From the NCBI GenBank assembly GCA_964467535.1, contig CAYXRT010000001.1, forward strand, positions 86,036 to 150,035: a stretch of 64,000 bases of DNA, given 5' to 3'. Source of the DNA: an uncultured Desulfurococcales archaeon (GTDB lineage: Archaea > Thermoproteota > Thermoprotei_A > Sulfolobales > WANQ01). Every line of letters starts with the position of its first letter. Position 1 is the first letter of the stretch. The notes beneath the pieces are model-generated. The model searched no databases and was not told where the DNA came from. It saw only the letters and a program-made list of their open reading frames with translations. Made by a program: the position numbers and the translations under genes. Positions 27,341-37,488 of this stretch are shown here, piece by piece.

Positions 27341-28342
27341 CTATCCTAATACTTCATCTACTACCCTTTCTACTAGTTCTTCATCTTCAATTCTCTTTAC
27401 GAGAGAGACTAGAGCTGTTTCCTTTAGGTCTTCAAGGTCTACTTTCTTCTTATCCTTTAATTTTGCTATACTCTTAGCTAGCTGCGCCCAGAGGACGGTA
27501 TCTGCAGGTCCAGGTTTATGAAGTGCTTGTTCTCTTAGCTTTTCAACAACATCAAGCATCTTGGAAATAAATTGTGGTGGTAGCTCTACCTCTATATCTT
27601 CAGTTCTTAACTTTATGATTTCAGCTTCAATTTCACGAGGTGGATAGCTAAACTTTATCCTAACAACCCTTCTAAGAAAGGCATCACTAAGCTCTCCCTG
27701 TGCTATATCTTCAGGATTACTGGTCATTATCACTTGGAAACCTATACCCTTAGACTTGAAAACTCTCCTAAGTTCTGGTACTATAATTCTCCTCTTATCA
27801 ACTATATCTAATAACATGTTTTGAAATTCTTCACTACTTCTCCTAATTTCATCAACAAGAACACCTACGTCTAAGACTAATGCTGCTAGTAGAGGTCTTG
27901 GAATATAGCTGTCTTCAGTAAACCCGTATTTAAGGGCCATTAATGGGTGGAAGTCTCCAATGACCCTATATTCATCATAGTTTTCACTACATGGTAGAAC
28001 AAACGCTCTCTTACCAGCCCATAAAGTTAATATAGCTTCACCTGTTTCTGTTTTACCTGTTCCTGGAGGTCCTTCATAGAGAACAGGTCTTCCATTAATG
28101 AAAGCCGCTATAGTTAAGGCAATAGTTCTGTAATCCGTAATTAATTTATAGCGCTCTCTTAGTACTTTAACCATGAGTTCAGGATTTCTTATTGGTTTTC
28201 CAGGTTCAAGAACAGGTTCATATATCTTTCTAATTTTATCTTCTATACTTTCAGCTACTCTATGCGTTTCCTCTTTATCCACGGTAAAGCCTAGAGCTTT
28301 TTCAATTAATTTTTCTAATTCCCTAGCTTTATCCCTACTCAT
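27341..28342 (-). CDS. MoxR/CoxD-like AAA+ ATPase
   Basis: Walker A GPPGTGKT, Walker B LVDEIRR and sensor region typical of the MoxR family. Confidence 0.75.
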   Translation of the reverse strand: MSRDKARELEKLIEKALGFTVDKEETHRVAESIEDKIRKIYEPVLEPGKPIRNPELMVKVLRERYKLITDYRTIALTIAAFINGRPVLYEGPPGTGKTETGEAILTLWAGKRAFVLPCSENYDEYRVIGDFHPLMALKYGFTEDSYIPRPLLAALVLDVGVLVDEIRRSSEEFQNMLLDIVDKRRIIVPELRRVFKSKGIGFQVIMTSNPEDIAQGELSDAFLRRVVRIKFSYPPREIEAEIIKLRTEDIEVELPPQFISKMLDVVEKLREQALHKPGPADTVLWAQLAKSIAKLKDKKKVDLEDLKETALVSLVKRIEDEELVERVVDEVLG

Positions 28343-28438
28343 TATCTATTACATCTCATTTATCTAACTATCTTAATACCTCCTACTACCTATGAATATA
28401 TTTGTACCTAATAAAGGTGACATATATAGTGATAAAAT

Positions 28439-28894
28439 ATGAGTAGAATAATAGGCGTAATTTATAGTGTAGTAGTGCCAGGGCTTGATGAGAAACATTA
28501 TGACTTAATATTTACTGATGATAAACTTATTGCTGTTTACCTAGGCGAATATGCTAGAGTTTCTAGCCAGACAGGCCTACCTATTAAAAGCGATCTTCAA
28601 GTCTATAGGATATTAAAGAAAAAGCGTGAGAGAAAGTATAAGGAAGAGGACCTTAAACATTTATGCAAAGAGAAGGAGAATATAGTCATACCCTACACAG
28701 AACTTTCGTTAATTAAAATTAAGAAATCCACTTCACCTCACACAAAGAGAATGAAGGATAAAGAAGGAAAACACGAGTTTGTTGAATTGATCTTAAGAAC
28801 TAATAGAGGCTTATTCGATTTTAAAGTATCGATTAAAGCGTATGATTTATTAAAGAGAATGGTCAATTACGTCGATAGAGTTAAAGGAATCTAA
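28439..28894 (+). CDS. Hypothetical protein
   Basis: 151-aa ORF with no motif recognised. Confidence 0.4.
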   Translation: MSRIIGVIYSVVVPGLDEKHYDLIFTDDKLIAVYLGEYARVSSQTGLPIKSDLQVYRILKKKRERKYKEEDLKHLCKEKENIVIPYTELSLIKIKKSTSPHTKRMKDKEGKHEFVELILRTNRGLFDFKVSIKAYDLLKRMVNYVDRVKGI

Positions 28895-29309
28895 TACCAT
28901 ACTCTAGCACTAAAAGTCTTGGCTTGACATTCCTGCCTTCCCTTATTAATGCTACAAATCCCATATTTTCGAGCCATTTTAGGTCCTTATATACGTTAGC
29001 AACGTTTCTATTTAGGTCACGAGAAAGCTCTGATATACTTTCATACTCTCTATGTGATAAGTAATCTAGTAACTTAGTTATTTCCTTTGAAAATAGCTTC
29101 CAATGCTTACTTGGATCAAATTTTACTTCTATTTCTTCAATATATTCTAGTTCTCCTTCCTCTTCACTTAACTCTATCTCTCTTAAAAGGTCCCTATACT
29201 TTTCTAGAGCTTCTTTATCACCTCTTTCTAACCTCTTCTTCAGTTCTTCCATTTTTACGTAAAGCTCTTTTCTCGACAACATTTTTAATATGAATAGCAT
29301 TACTGGCAT
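28881..29309 (-). CDS. Winged-helix transcriptional regulator-like protein
   Basis: C-terminal wHTH-like segment ESISELSRDLNRNVANVYKDLKWLENMGFVAL, with an acidic coiled N-terminus. Confidence 0.5.
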   Translation of the reverse strand: MPVMLFILKMLSRKELYVKMEELKKRLERGDKEALEKYRDLLREIELSEEEGELEYIEEIEVKFDPSKHWKLFSKEITKLLDYLSHREYESISELSRDLNRNVANVYKDLKWLENMGFVALIREGRNVKPRLLVLEYGIRFL

Positions 29310-29360
29310 AAACTCGACCTCAAGTACCTATATTTAATTAGTTGGAAACCCTAGACTTAA

Positions 29361-29885
29361 TTGGTTGCTATTATGGAGAAATACATATACCGTGGCCGTA
29401 AGTTTAATGTTAAAGTAATTGAAGCTATACTGCCTACAAGTGTAAAGACTATTAAGGAGGTTGTTGAATTTAGAGGAGCAGTAGCAATACTTCCAGTGCT
29501 AGGTAGGAATAAGATCGTTTTAATTAATCAGTATAGACCTGTAATTGGCGAATGGATTATTGAAGTTCCTGCAGGTACTCTTGAGGAAGGTGAGGACCCT
29601 AAATCCTGTGCTTTACGTGAATTAGAGGAAGAAGTAGGATACAAAGCTGGAAGACTTATTAAATTATTTGAAATGTACATGACTCCGGGATATAGTACTG
29701 AAAAGCTACATGCATTTTTAGCCTTGGATTTGGTTAAAACAGGGGCAAAAAGAGAACGAAATGAAGTTATCAAAGAAATCATACTTGACATAGATGATGC
29801 AATAAAAATGATAGTGAATAATGAGATCAGGGATGCAAAGACTATAGCATTACTATTATACTACAAATACATATATTCTCGCTAA
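29361..29885 (+). CDS. NUDIX hydrolase (ADP-ribose pyrophosphatase-like)
   Basis: Nudix box GTLEEGEDPKSCALRELEEEVGY. Confidence 0.8.
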   Translation: MVAIMEKYIYRGRKFNVKVIEAILPTSVKTIKEVVEFRGAVAILPVLGRNKIVLINQYRPVIGEWIIEVPAGTLEEGEDPKSCALRELEEEVGYKAGRLIKLFEMYMTPGYSTEKLHAFLALDLVKTGAKRERNEVIKEIILDIDDAIKMIVNNEIRDAKTIALLLYYKYIYSR

Positions 29886-29899
29886 AGGGGATACAGTTC

Positions 29900-30949
29900 A
29901 TGGCCGGGTTTCCATATGATAGTATCGAGGAACCTATAGTTAAGAGGTTAATTCAAGGAGTCTTAGTTATAGGCGTTGGTGGTGGAGGGGATGTTGTTGG
30001 CGCTATTCATATATATCTATGGATGAAAAGACTAGGAGCTAATACTCTATTAGCGTCAATACCTTGGGAGCGCTTTTCCATAGACCCCGTACCAGGTCCT
30101 ATAGGTATTGATGAAGTTGTCGGAGGTAAAATTATAGGTAATTATGCCATGCTCGTTAATGGTAATGAATATGTTATTCGAAATAAAAGAAGGATTATAC
30201 CACAAGGGGTACGAGTTGCAAAAGTTCTTAAGACTAAGGTTGCTTTAATTGATGCATCTCATGGTGAGAAGGGTCTTAGAAAAGGCATTGAGGAGCTATG
30301 TACTTCAATGGGTTTAGATACTACCATAGGTATTGATGTAGGCGGAGACATCGTTGCTAAAGGCCACGAAGATAATTTATGGAGCCCATTAATGGACGCA
30401 CTCGCTTTAGCAGCGATTGCTAATTCATCTGTATATGGTTTAATAGGAATACATTCTATTGGAGCTGATGGAGAATTAGACATCAATATTACTCTAAGCA
30501 GAATTTCCGAAATAATTAAACATGGTGGTTTAGTGGGCATTTATGGTCTTTGCCGAACTGATATAACTGTTCTTTCAGAAATATTAAAGCATGCTGAAAC
30601 AGAAGCTAGCTCTATTGCATATTTAGCAGCTAAAGGATTCATAGGATTTAAGGATATAAGACTTTCTACACGAAAGGTAAATATAACACCCTATTCAATG
30701 GTGACGTTTTTAGTTGATGCTAGAATCCTTTATCAATTATCACCTCTAGCTCAAGTACTTACTGGAACAGAAGATATACGGGAAGCTAGGGAAAGGTTAA
30801 ATAACATTCATGTTTATACGGAGTTAGACTTAGAAGAGGACTTGTACCCCCTACTTAAAGCAGGACGTAAATTAACTAAAGAGGTAATTTTAGAGATCTA
30901 TAGGAAAGGTGTCAAGAGAGTAAAGGACAAAAGTACTAGTATCCATTAA
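29900..30949 (+). CDS. DUF1152-family protein
   Basis: VIGVGGGGDVVGA near the N-terminus and overall length are typical of archaeal DUF1152. Confidence 0.5.
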   Translation: MAGFPYDSIEEPIVKRLIQGVLVIGVGGGGDVVGAIHIYLWMKRLGANTLLASIPWERFSIDPVPGPIGIDEVVGGKIIGNYAMLVNGNEYVIRNKRRIIPQGVRVAKVLKTKVALIDASHGEKGLRKGIEELCTSMGLDTTIGIDVGGDIVAKGHEDNLWSPLMDALALAAIANSSVYGLIGIHSIGADGELDINITLSRISEIIKHGGLVGIYGLCRTDITVLSEILKHAETEASSIAYLAAKGFIGFKDIRLSTRKVNITPYSMVTFLVDARILYQLSPLAQVLTGTEDIREARERLNNIHVYTELDLEEDLYPLLKAGRKLTKEVILEIYRKGVKRVKDKSTSIH

Positions 30950-30974
30950 GTTTTATCTACTACGATATAAATAC

Positions 30975-31502
30975 ATGAAGTGGGTTAGGAGGTATATGAA
31001 GAAAAAATACGATCAAGAGATATCATCATGGCTTCTATCAGAAGGATTTAGGGTTGAAAAACTAGAGCCCTTACCTAGATTAAAAGTTGCATGGGGTCTC
31101 AATGTTTATACACCACCACCATTGGTGGTTAATATAAAGATTTTCCAGCCTGCAGGACATGAAGATAGAATAGTACTGTTATTAGGTGTGAATATTTCAC
31201 CAGATCATCAAAGAGAGTTAAATAAATTAGACGATTCTGAGAGATATAGATTCATGAGCAAAATGCTACTTGACATAATACATTTATGCCCTGACTGCAA
31301 GTTTGCAATTCAACCGAATATGATGTCTCCTAAAACAATTATTGTAAGTAAAACATTATACTACGAAGAACTATCTAGACCTAAACTTGTTAATGAAATA
31401 GTTAGACTTGTAAATGTATTTATGGCTATTAATGCTAATCTATGGATAAAGTTTCCTCACCCCCTTAGGAAACCACAAACAACAACCACATATACGATAT
31501 AA
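30975..31502 (+). CDS. Hypothetical protein (possibly DUF2299/YbjN-like)
   Basis: 175-aa ORF. Family assignment is weak. Confidence 0.4.
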   Translation: MKWVRRYMKKKYDQEISSWLLSEGFRVEKLEPLPRLKVAWGLNVYTPPPLVVNIKIFQPAGHEDRIVLLLGVNISPDHQRELNKLDDSERYRFMSKMLLDIIHLCPDCKFAIQPNMMSPKTIIVSKTLYYEELSRPKLVNEIVRLVNVFMAINANLWIKFPHPLRKPQTTTTYTI

Positions 31503-31922
31503 CCTATCACGTAATGGGAATAAGCTTTAGATATAAATAACCTATCACAGATATCATCTAAACTTACTACTCGCAGATTCTTGCAAATCACTTAGAGCTT
31601 GATACCATAAAGAACTTATTACTCCTTATTCCTTAGGAGGTAAGAGGACTCAACCTTGAGTCCGTTGTATTTATTCTCATACCCTAAAACACATATACTA
31701 GTCCTTAGACAACCTTGATAAAGACGCTAATTCATTAAGAGAAGCATCTTTGGATAAATGTTTAACAAAATCATGGCGATTAAGCTCAGAAATGTTCATT
31801 ATTAATCTATTCTCTGTTAGTGTAACTTTATTCCAAGAGGCTAGAATATCATCTATATGATTAATAAATAGAGTATATTTACAACAGTCAGGTTTAAATC
31901 CCGAAGTATAGGAGATTACATC

Positions 31923-32924
31923 TTGGGTATATACGTGGATTATGCCATTGCGGTAGACATCGGTGCCACTAACTTAAGAGTAGGGTTAGTTACACGTAAA
32001 GGCGAGGTGCTACATTTAATAAAGGATTCAACACCTAAAACATGTGATCCAAACGCAATACCGCTTAAGATATCTAAGATGATTAATGAAATATTAAAGA
32101 GAGCTAACATAACCTTAGAAAATGTCTTAGGTATTGGTGTGGGAAGTATAGGTCCATTAAATATTAGGGAGGGAGTTATTGTTAATCCTCCTAATTTACC
32201 CAATGTCAAGAACATACCCGTTAAGCAAGTACTTGAAGATATCTTTAAAGTGAGGGTCATAGTTGTTAATGATTGTGTTGCAGCTGTATGGGGTGAGAAA
32301 AATTATGGTGCTGGTAAGGACTATGAAAACCTGGTCTACATAACCATAAGTACTGGTATAGGTGCTGGTGTAATTGTTGATGGAAATCTGCTTTTAGGTA
32401 AGGATGGAAATGCTCATGAAGTTGGACATATAGTTATAAGATATGATGATGGAATCAAATGTGGATGTGGCGCTATTGGTCATTGGGAGGCTTATGCTTC
32501 TGGCGCTAATATTCCAAAATTAGTTAAATTACTACTAGATAGGTGGAATATTAGTAGGAGCGAAACTAAACTATATGAATTAATTGAAAGGAATTTACTT
32601 ACAGCTGAAGCTCTGTTTAATCTAGCTAAAGCAAGCGATGATATTGCTTTGAGAATTATTGATGAATTAGGTAAAATAAATGCTGCAGGTATAGCATCGG
32701 TTATTAATGTTTATGATCCCGAACTAGTGACCTTGGGTGGAGCCGTAATATTAAATAATCCTGAGGAATTAACGATAAAGCCTATGCTCAAGTATCTAGA
32801 TAACTACGTTTTAAACAGACTACCTAGAGTAATGATAACCCCGTTAGGACATGAGGTAACACTACTAGGCGCTGCTGCACTGATATTTAATACTCCAAAG
32901 AGTTTATCTAAATACATTCAGTAA
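31923..32924 (+). CDS. ROK-family sugar kinase (glucokinase-like)
   Basis: ATP-binding AVDIGATNLRVG and the ROK zinc motif GHIV...CGCGAIGHWEAYASG. GGAG lies upstream of TTG 31923. Confidence 0.8.
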   Translation: MGIYVDYAIAVDIGATNLRVGLVTRKGEVLHLIKDSTPKTCDPNAIPLKISKMINEILKRANITLENVLGIGVGSIGPLNIREGVIVNPPNLPNVKNIPVKQVLEDIFKVRVIVVNDCVAAVWGEKNYGAGKDYENLVYITISTGIGAGVIVDGNLLLGKDGNAHEVGHIVIRYDDGIKCGCGAIGHWEAYASGANIPKLVKLLLDRWNISRSETKLYELIERNLLTAEALFNLAKASDDIALRIIDELGKINAAGIASVINVYDPELVTLGGAVILNNPEELTIKPMLKYLDNYVLNRLPRVMITPLGHEVTLLGAAALIFNTPKSLSKYIQ

Positions 32925-32977
32925 ACTCCACATAACAACTATGTAAATTTACATTGTCAAAGGTTATGAATTAGAAG

Positions 32978-35356
32978 TTACAAATTACATGTAGGACATC
33001 CGCCAGCATAGTCTTCGGGGGCATAGTGTAGTTCCTTATCTTTAATTCTATATCTTAATGCGAGACTTCTATCTATTTTAATTTTGACAGGTTTACGTTT
33101 AAGTAATTTGTCTAAGTCTATACCTAACTTTATGACTTGTGCAGGTTTACTTAGATCTCTATAAACCGTTATCCCCTTCACCCTTAACCTCCACGCATGA
33201 AGAAATACCTCTCTTACATCCTCCTTTGTAGCTGTATGGGATAAGTTAACTGTTTTTGATACAGCATTGTCAGTCCATCTCTGAAACACTGCCTGCATCT
33301 TTACATGGAATAAAGGATGTATATCATGTGCTGTGGGATATAATCGTCGTATTTCCTCTGGAACCCATTTTAGACCACGAACTCTACCTGCTTTAGCTAT
33401 TTCTAATATCTTGTCCTTTGAATATAAGTTATGCTTCTTAAGATCTTCAAGTAAGAGTCTATTTATTTCTATAAATACTCCTGCGGTTGTCTCTCTTAGA
33501 TACGCTAGTGCAAAGAAGGGCTCTATACCGCTATTTACACATGCTATTATACTAATACTTCCTGTTGGAGCTATTGTTGTTACTGTCGCATTTCTAATAC
33601 CTTTATCAATTTGTAGATCCTTAACCTTAGACCATTCCACTTTCGGTCTTTCTCTAATTAATTTCTTGACCCTTCCTGATATATTACTTGAACTATATAT
33701 CTCATTAGATGGTATTTGTGGCTCAAAGTTTAATCTCCCTTTAGCTAGTAAACTCTTATGGTATTCGGGGAATGGTCCTTTTTCTTCAGCTAGCTCTATG
33801 CTTGCTAATTTAGCATTATACGCTACCCACTCCATTATGTGATCTGCTATATATAATGCGTCTTCGCTATCATATGGTATCTTTAACTTAACCAACATGT
33901 CAGCTAAGCCCATAACTCCCAGGCCTATCTTTCTAGTCCTTTTAGTTGCTTTCTCAATTCTTGAGTCAGGAAACTTATTTACGTCTATCACGGAGTCGAG
34001 GAATCTCACAGCTATTTTAACATCATTAGCTAGTTTCATCCAATCTATTTTCGGCTCGTCACGTTCTATGACAACGTATCTTGCAAGATTTATACTCCCT
34101 AAATTACAACTTTCCCAGTCTAATGCAGGTACTTCACCACAAGGATTTACGGCATGAATTACCCCTAAATGAGGGACAACATTATGTCTTTCAATTTCAT
34201 CTATAAATACGACTCCTGGATCTCCCGATCTCCAAGCACAATCTACAATTCTATCAAATATCTCCCTTGCATTGACGTATTGTATTTTTACTCCTCTCTT
34301 TCTGCATTCTTCAATAACATTAAGTACGCCATCTCTAGGTGCTTTAAGTATCTCTGGACATTCACGAGGATTCACAAGAGGCCATTCTTCATCATTAAGT
34401 ACTGCATTAATAAAGTCATCATAAACCGCTACACTTATGTTAAATGTTGAAAATAGTGGAGAGTACGGATTACACTTAGAATTTATAAATTCAAATATAT
34501 CAGGATGCCATACATGTAATAATCCCATATTTGCTCCTCTTCTCTTTCCACCTTCCTTGATTACATCAGTCGCCGTATCAAATATCTTCATAAAACTAAC
34601 AGGACCGCTTGTTCTACCTCCTGTTCTTTCAAGAATATCTCCTTTAGGTCTTAGGGTTGAGAAATCGAAGCCTGTTCCAGCTCCACTTTTTTGGATTAAT
34701 GCCATTACCTTTAATGCTTCAAATATGCTTGCAAGATCATCAGGTACGGGTACTATGAAACATGCTGATAACTGTCCTAGCTCTGTACCGGCATTCATTA
34801 ATGTCGGTGAATTGGGTTGAAATCTAAGAGTTGACATGAGCTCAAAGTATTTTTGCGCTATACTCTCAACTTTATGTTTCTCGGCTCCATAGATTATTTC
34901 TGCATTAGCTATTGATTTGGCTACCCTAAGCCACATTTCTTTAGGCGTTTCAATAATTCTATCTAAGTAGGGATCTTTAAGGAGATACCTGAATTCAAGT
35001 AACTTTAAAGCTTGATATGTTAACTGCTCATCTATGGGATCTAATTTTTCAGGATCCTTTCCGGCATGCTTATATATTCTTGTTAATACATATAATTTCG
35101 CTGCCTCAAACCATTGAGGATTTTCTATTCCATACCTAAGTAGGGTTATCTCTATAATATCTGCCAAATCTCTCCATGAGATTTCCCTGGTATAACCTCT
35201 CTCATTAATAGTGCTGAGCACTTCTCTTACAATAACATCTACATATTTTTCAAGTCCTACCTTGCTAAGTATTTTAAATAAGTTGTTTCTTAACTTAATT
35301 GCGCTTAAAGGCTCTTTTAATTTCTTTCTCTTTATCACTACATATTTAGTACTCAC
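32978..35356 (-). CDS. nrdJ: Adenosylcobalamin-dependent (class II) ribonucleotide reductase
   Basis: N-terminal ATP-cone, active-site NPCGE, SACFIVPV and C-terminal redox Cys pair (CPTCNL). No intein. Confidence 0.88.
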   Translation of the reverse strand: MSTKYVVIKRKKLKEPLSAIKLRNNLFKILSKVGLEKYVDVIVREVLSTINERGYTREISWRDLADIIEITLLRYGIENPQWFEAAKLYVLTRIYKHAGKDPEKLDPIDEQLTYQALKLLEFRYLLKDPYLDRIIETPKEMWLRVAKSIANAEIIYGAEKHKVESIAQKYFELMSTLRFQPNSPTLMNAGTELGQLSACFIVPVPDDLASIFEALKVMALIQKSGAGTGFDFSTLRPKGDILERTGGRTSGPVSFMKIFDTATDVIKEGGKRRGANMGLLHVWHPDIFEFINSKCNPYSPLFSTFNISVAVYDDFINAVLNDEEWPLVNPRECPEILKAPRDGVLNVIEECRKRGVKIQYVNAREIFDRIVDCAWRSGDPGVVFIDEIERHNVVPHLGVIHAVNPCGEVPALDWESCNLGSINLARYVVIERDEPKIDWMKLANDVKIAVRFLDSVIDVNKFPDSRIEKATKRTRKIGLGVMGLADMLVKLKIPYDSEDALYIADHIMEWVAYNAKLASIELAEEKGPFPEYHKSLLAKGRLNFEPQIPSNEIYSSSNISGRVKKLIRERPKVEWSKVKDLQIDKGIRNATVTTIAPTGSISIIACVNSGIEPFFALAYLRETTAGVFIEINRLLLEDLKKHNLYSKDKILEIAKAGRVRGLKWVPEEIRRLYPTAHDIHPLFHVKMQAVFQRWTDNAVSKTVNLSHTATKEDVREVFLHAWRLRVKGITVYRDLSKPAQVIKLGIDLDKLLKRKPVKIKIDRSLALRYRIKDKELHYAPEDYAGGCPTCNL

Positions 35357-35480
35357 TTTACAATCCCTTAAGTTAGATTTAGCTAACTCGGCTAATTATC
35401 TTAACTTTATATCCTCCTCATTATATTTATGTTATAAGCTTATTTGATGCAGAGGAGGTTGATAAAAAAGGGGCTATGAT

Positions 35481-36395
35481 ATGGTTATTAAAGCTAGATA
35501 TTGGCTCATGGAGCTCGTCACGCCAACTTCAATACTTCTACACGGTGTTGAGAGGATAATTTATAGAGCTAAAACTAAATATCAGGAGGTAGAAGTAGTG
35601 GAAATTCCTATTCTTGGGAAAACACTGGTAATAGATGGAAAAATACAATCTGCCCTTATGGATGAATTCATCTATCATGAAGCACTAGTACACCCAGTAA
35701 TGTTAGCACATGAAAGACCCAGAAAAGTATTAATAATGGGAGGTGGCGAGGGAGCTACTTTAAGAGAAGTTTTAAAATACGAAAGTGTTGAGAAAGCTGT
35801 TATGGTTGATATAGATGCAGAAGTTATTGAAATAGCAAAGAAATACTTAACTGAATGGCATAAAGGCTCATTTGATGATCCAAGAGTTGAACTTGTTATA
35901 AGTGATGGTAGAAAATACCTTGAAGAAACTTCCGATAAATTCGATGTAATAATACTTGACTTAACGGATCCTACAGCTGGCGGAGCATCTGTTTACTTAT
36001 ATACTCTAGAGTTTTACAAACTTGTTAAAAAAGCATTGAATGATGATGGAATAATGGTTACTCAAGCTACAAGTGTATATTACACTTCTGAGGTATTTGC
36101 AACAATATACAATACTATAGCTAAGGTATTTCCAATAGTAAGAGCGTATATGGTATATGTACCAGCATTCTATTCTTCATGGGGGTTTGTTATTGGTAGC
36201 TTAAAGTACGATCCTAGCAAGCTGACTAAAGATGAAATAGATAAAAGAATTAATAATAGAATCAAGGGTGAGCTAAAGTTTTACGACGGACATACCCATA
36301 TATCTATGTTCTTCTTGCCGAAGAATGTTAGAAAGATTATAGCTGAGATTAAGGGTATAGCGACAGATAAAAAGCCCGTATTTCTACCTGCATGA
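35481..36395 (+). CDS. speE: Spermidine synthase / polyamine aminopropyltransferase
   Basis: YHEALVHP, VLIMGGGEGATLREVLK, VDIDAEV and IILDLTDP. Confidence 0.88.
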   Translation: MVIKARYWLMELVTPTSILLHGVERIIYRAKTKYQEVEVVEIPILGKTLVIDGKIQSALMDEFIYHEALVHPVMLAHERPRKVLIMGGGEGATLREVLKYESVEKAVMVDIDAEVIEIAKKYLTEWHKGSFDDPRVELVISDGRKYLEETSDKFDVIILDLTDPTAGGASVYLYTLEFYKLVKKALNDDGIMVTQATSVYYTSEVFATIYNTIAKVFPIVRAYMVYVPAFYSSWGFVIGSLKYDPSKLTKDEIDKRINNRIKGELKFYDGHTHISMFFLPKNVRKIIAEIKGIATDKKPVFLPA

Positions 36396-36400
36396 AAGTA

Positions 36401-36526
36401 TCATTTTTCTTCTAGTGCTTTCTTAACACATTCTTCAACGCATTCCTTAAAGGCTTCACCTGAATAGCCTAGGTCAATACATTCCTCTCTACATTTGCGT
36501 ACAACGTGGTATCTATCTACCTCCAT
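36401..36526 (-). CDS. Possible small Cys-rich protein (41 aa, twin CX3C)
   Basis: ATG...TGA ORF not in the track: MEVDRYHVVRKCREECIDLGYSGEAFKECVEECVKKALEEK. It fills the speE/nitroreductase gap exactly. Support is only an open frame plus the symmetric motif. Confidence 0.25.
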   Translation of the reverse strand: MEVDRYHVVRKCREECIDLGYSGEAFKECVEECVKKALEEK

Positions 36527-36532
36527 GTCTAC

Positions 36533-37345
36533 TTAATCACCCCTATGTTTTTCATAGTATTCTATTAGTTCCTCTAATGTTACCCTATATGGCTTAACGG
36601 GCTTTCCTACAGGTACTATGTATAGTGGATGCTCGTTCTTTGATGCATTAATTATCGTCCTAACCATATCATCATAGAAAGCTCCTACAACCACTGTCGC
36701 TAATCCAAGAGCTGTCGCTTGTAGATAGATATTTTGTCCAACATGTCCTACTTCCATATGGACATATCTAATACCTCTTTCACCGTATCTTGAAGTAGTT
36801 CTCTCATATACAGCCGTTATGACTATTGATATTGGTGCTCTTAGAACCCACTCTTGTCTGAGAGCAGCTTCATATAGTTCCTTTCTGACATCACCTTCTT
36901 TTACAAGGATTATTGCATGTTCATGAGGTAGGTATTTATATACTCCCGGTTTTAAGCCTACGACACCGTTCTTCCCTACCACTACATATACTTCTAATGG
37001 ATAGGTAGCACCAGCGCTAGGAGCTGCTCTAAATCCTCGCTTGGGATTTGTTATTCCTTGCGCCGCCCATAGCAATTGTGAAAGCTGTGAAATAGTTAAT
37101 GGTTCATCTTTATATTCTCTAATACTCCTTCTATAGGCAATCGCTTCTTCGACAGTCATTTTACCTTTAAGTCGAGGATAAGGTAGAAGGATTTTATTAT
37201 CCTTTATGATAGCTTTCTCTTTTACAGGTGTTGGAGTTAAAGGTAAAGGTCTATATACATATGAGATTATAAGAAATGCTACTATTAATGATATAACCAC
37301 AATAGCTATGATAGCTACTAATGAAATCTTATCAGCATATATCAT
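36533..37345 (-). CDS. Nitroreductase-family (SagB-type dehydrogenase domain) protein with N-terminal TM anchor
   Basis: RRSIREY...LSQLLWAAQG...PSAGATYPLE are typical of the nitroreductase fold. The N-terminus is hydrophobic. Confidence 0.7.
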   Translation of the reverse strand: MIYADKISLVAIIAIVVISLIVAFLIISYVYRPLPLTPTPVKEKAIIKDNKILLPYPRLKGKMTVEEAIAYRRSIREYKDEPLTISQLSQLLWAAQGITNPKRGFRAAPSAGATYPLEVYVVVGKNGVVGLKPGVYKYLPHEHAIILVKEGDVRKELYEAALRQEWVLRAPISIVITAVYERTTSRYGERGIRYVHMEVGHVGQNIYLQATALGLATVVVGAFYDDMVRTIINASKNEHPLYIVPVGKPVKPYRVTLEELIEYYEKHRGD

Positions 37346-37488
37346 ACCTTGCCCTCAGTATCTAACAATCGTCTAAGCCCCTTAAGTATTATACGCAACA
37401 ACATAACAGTAAGATAATTTTTAAAGCACATATCCTTATAATCTTAAGCTCAGTGGTTTACAGAGGCTTAAGGGGTGAGTGAGTAAGA

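Noticed and set aside
31706-31972. About 88-codon open frame on the minus strand spanning the 31.5-31.9 kb gap and the ROK gene start
   Set aside because: It contains no ATG/GTG/TTG until the last 33 codons (MNISELNRHDF...), overlaps the ROK start in antisense, and has no recognisable motif.
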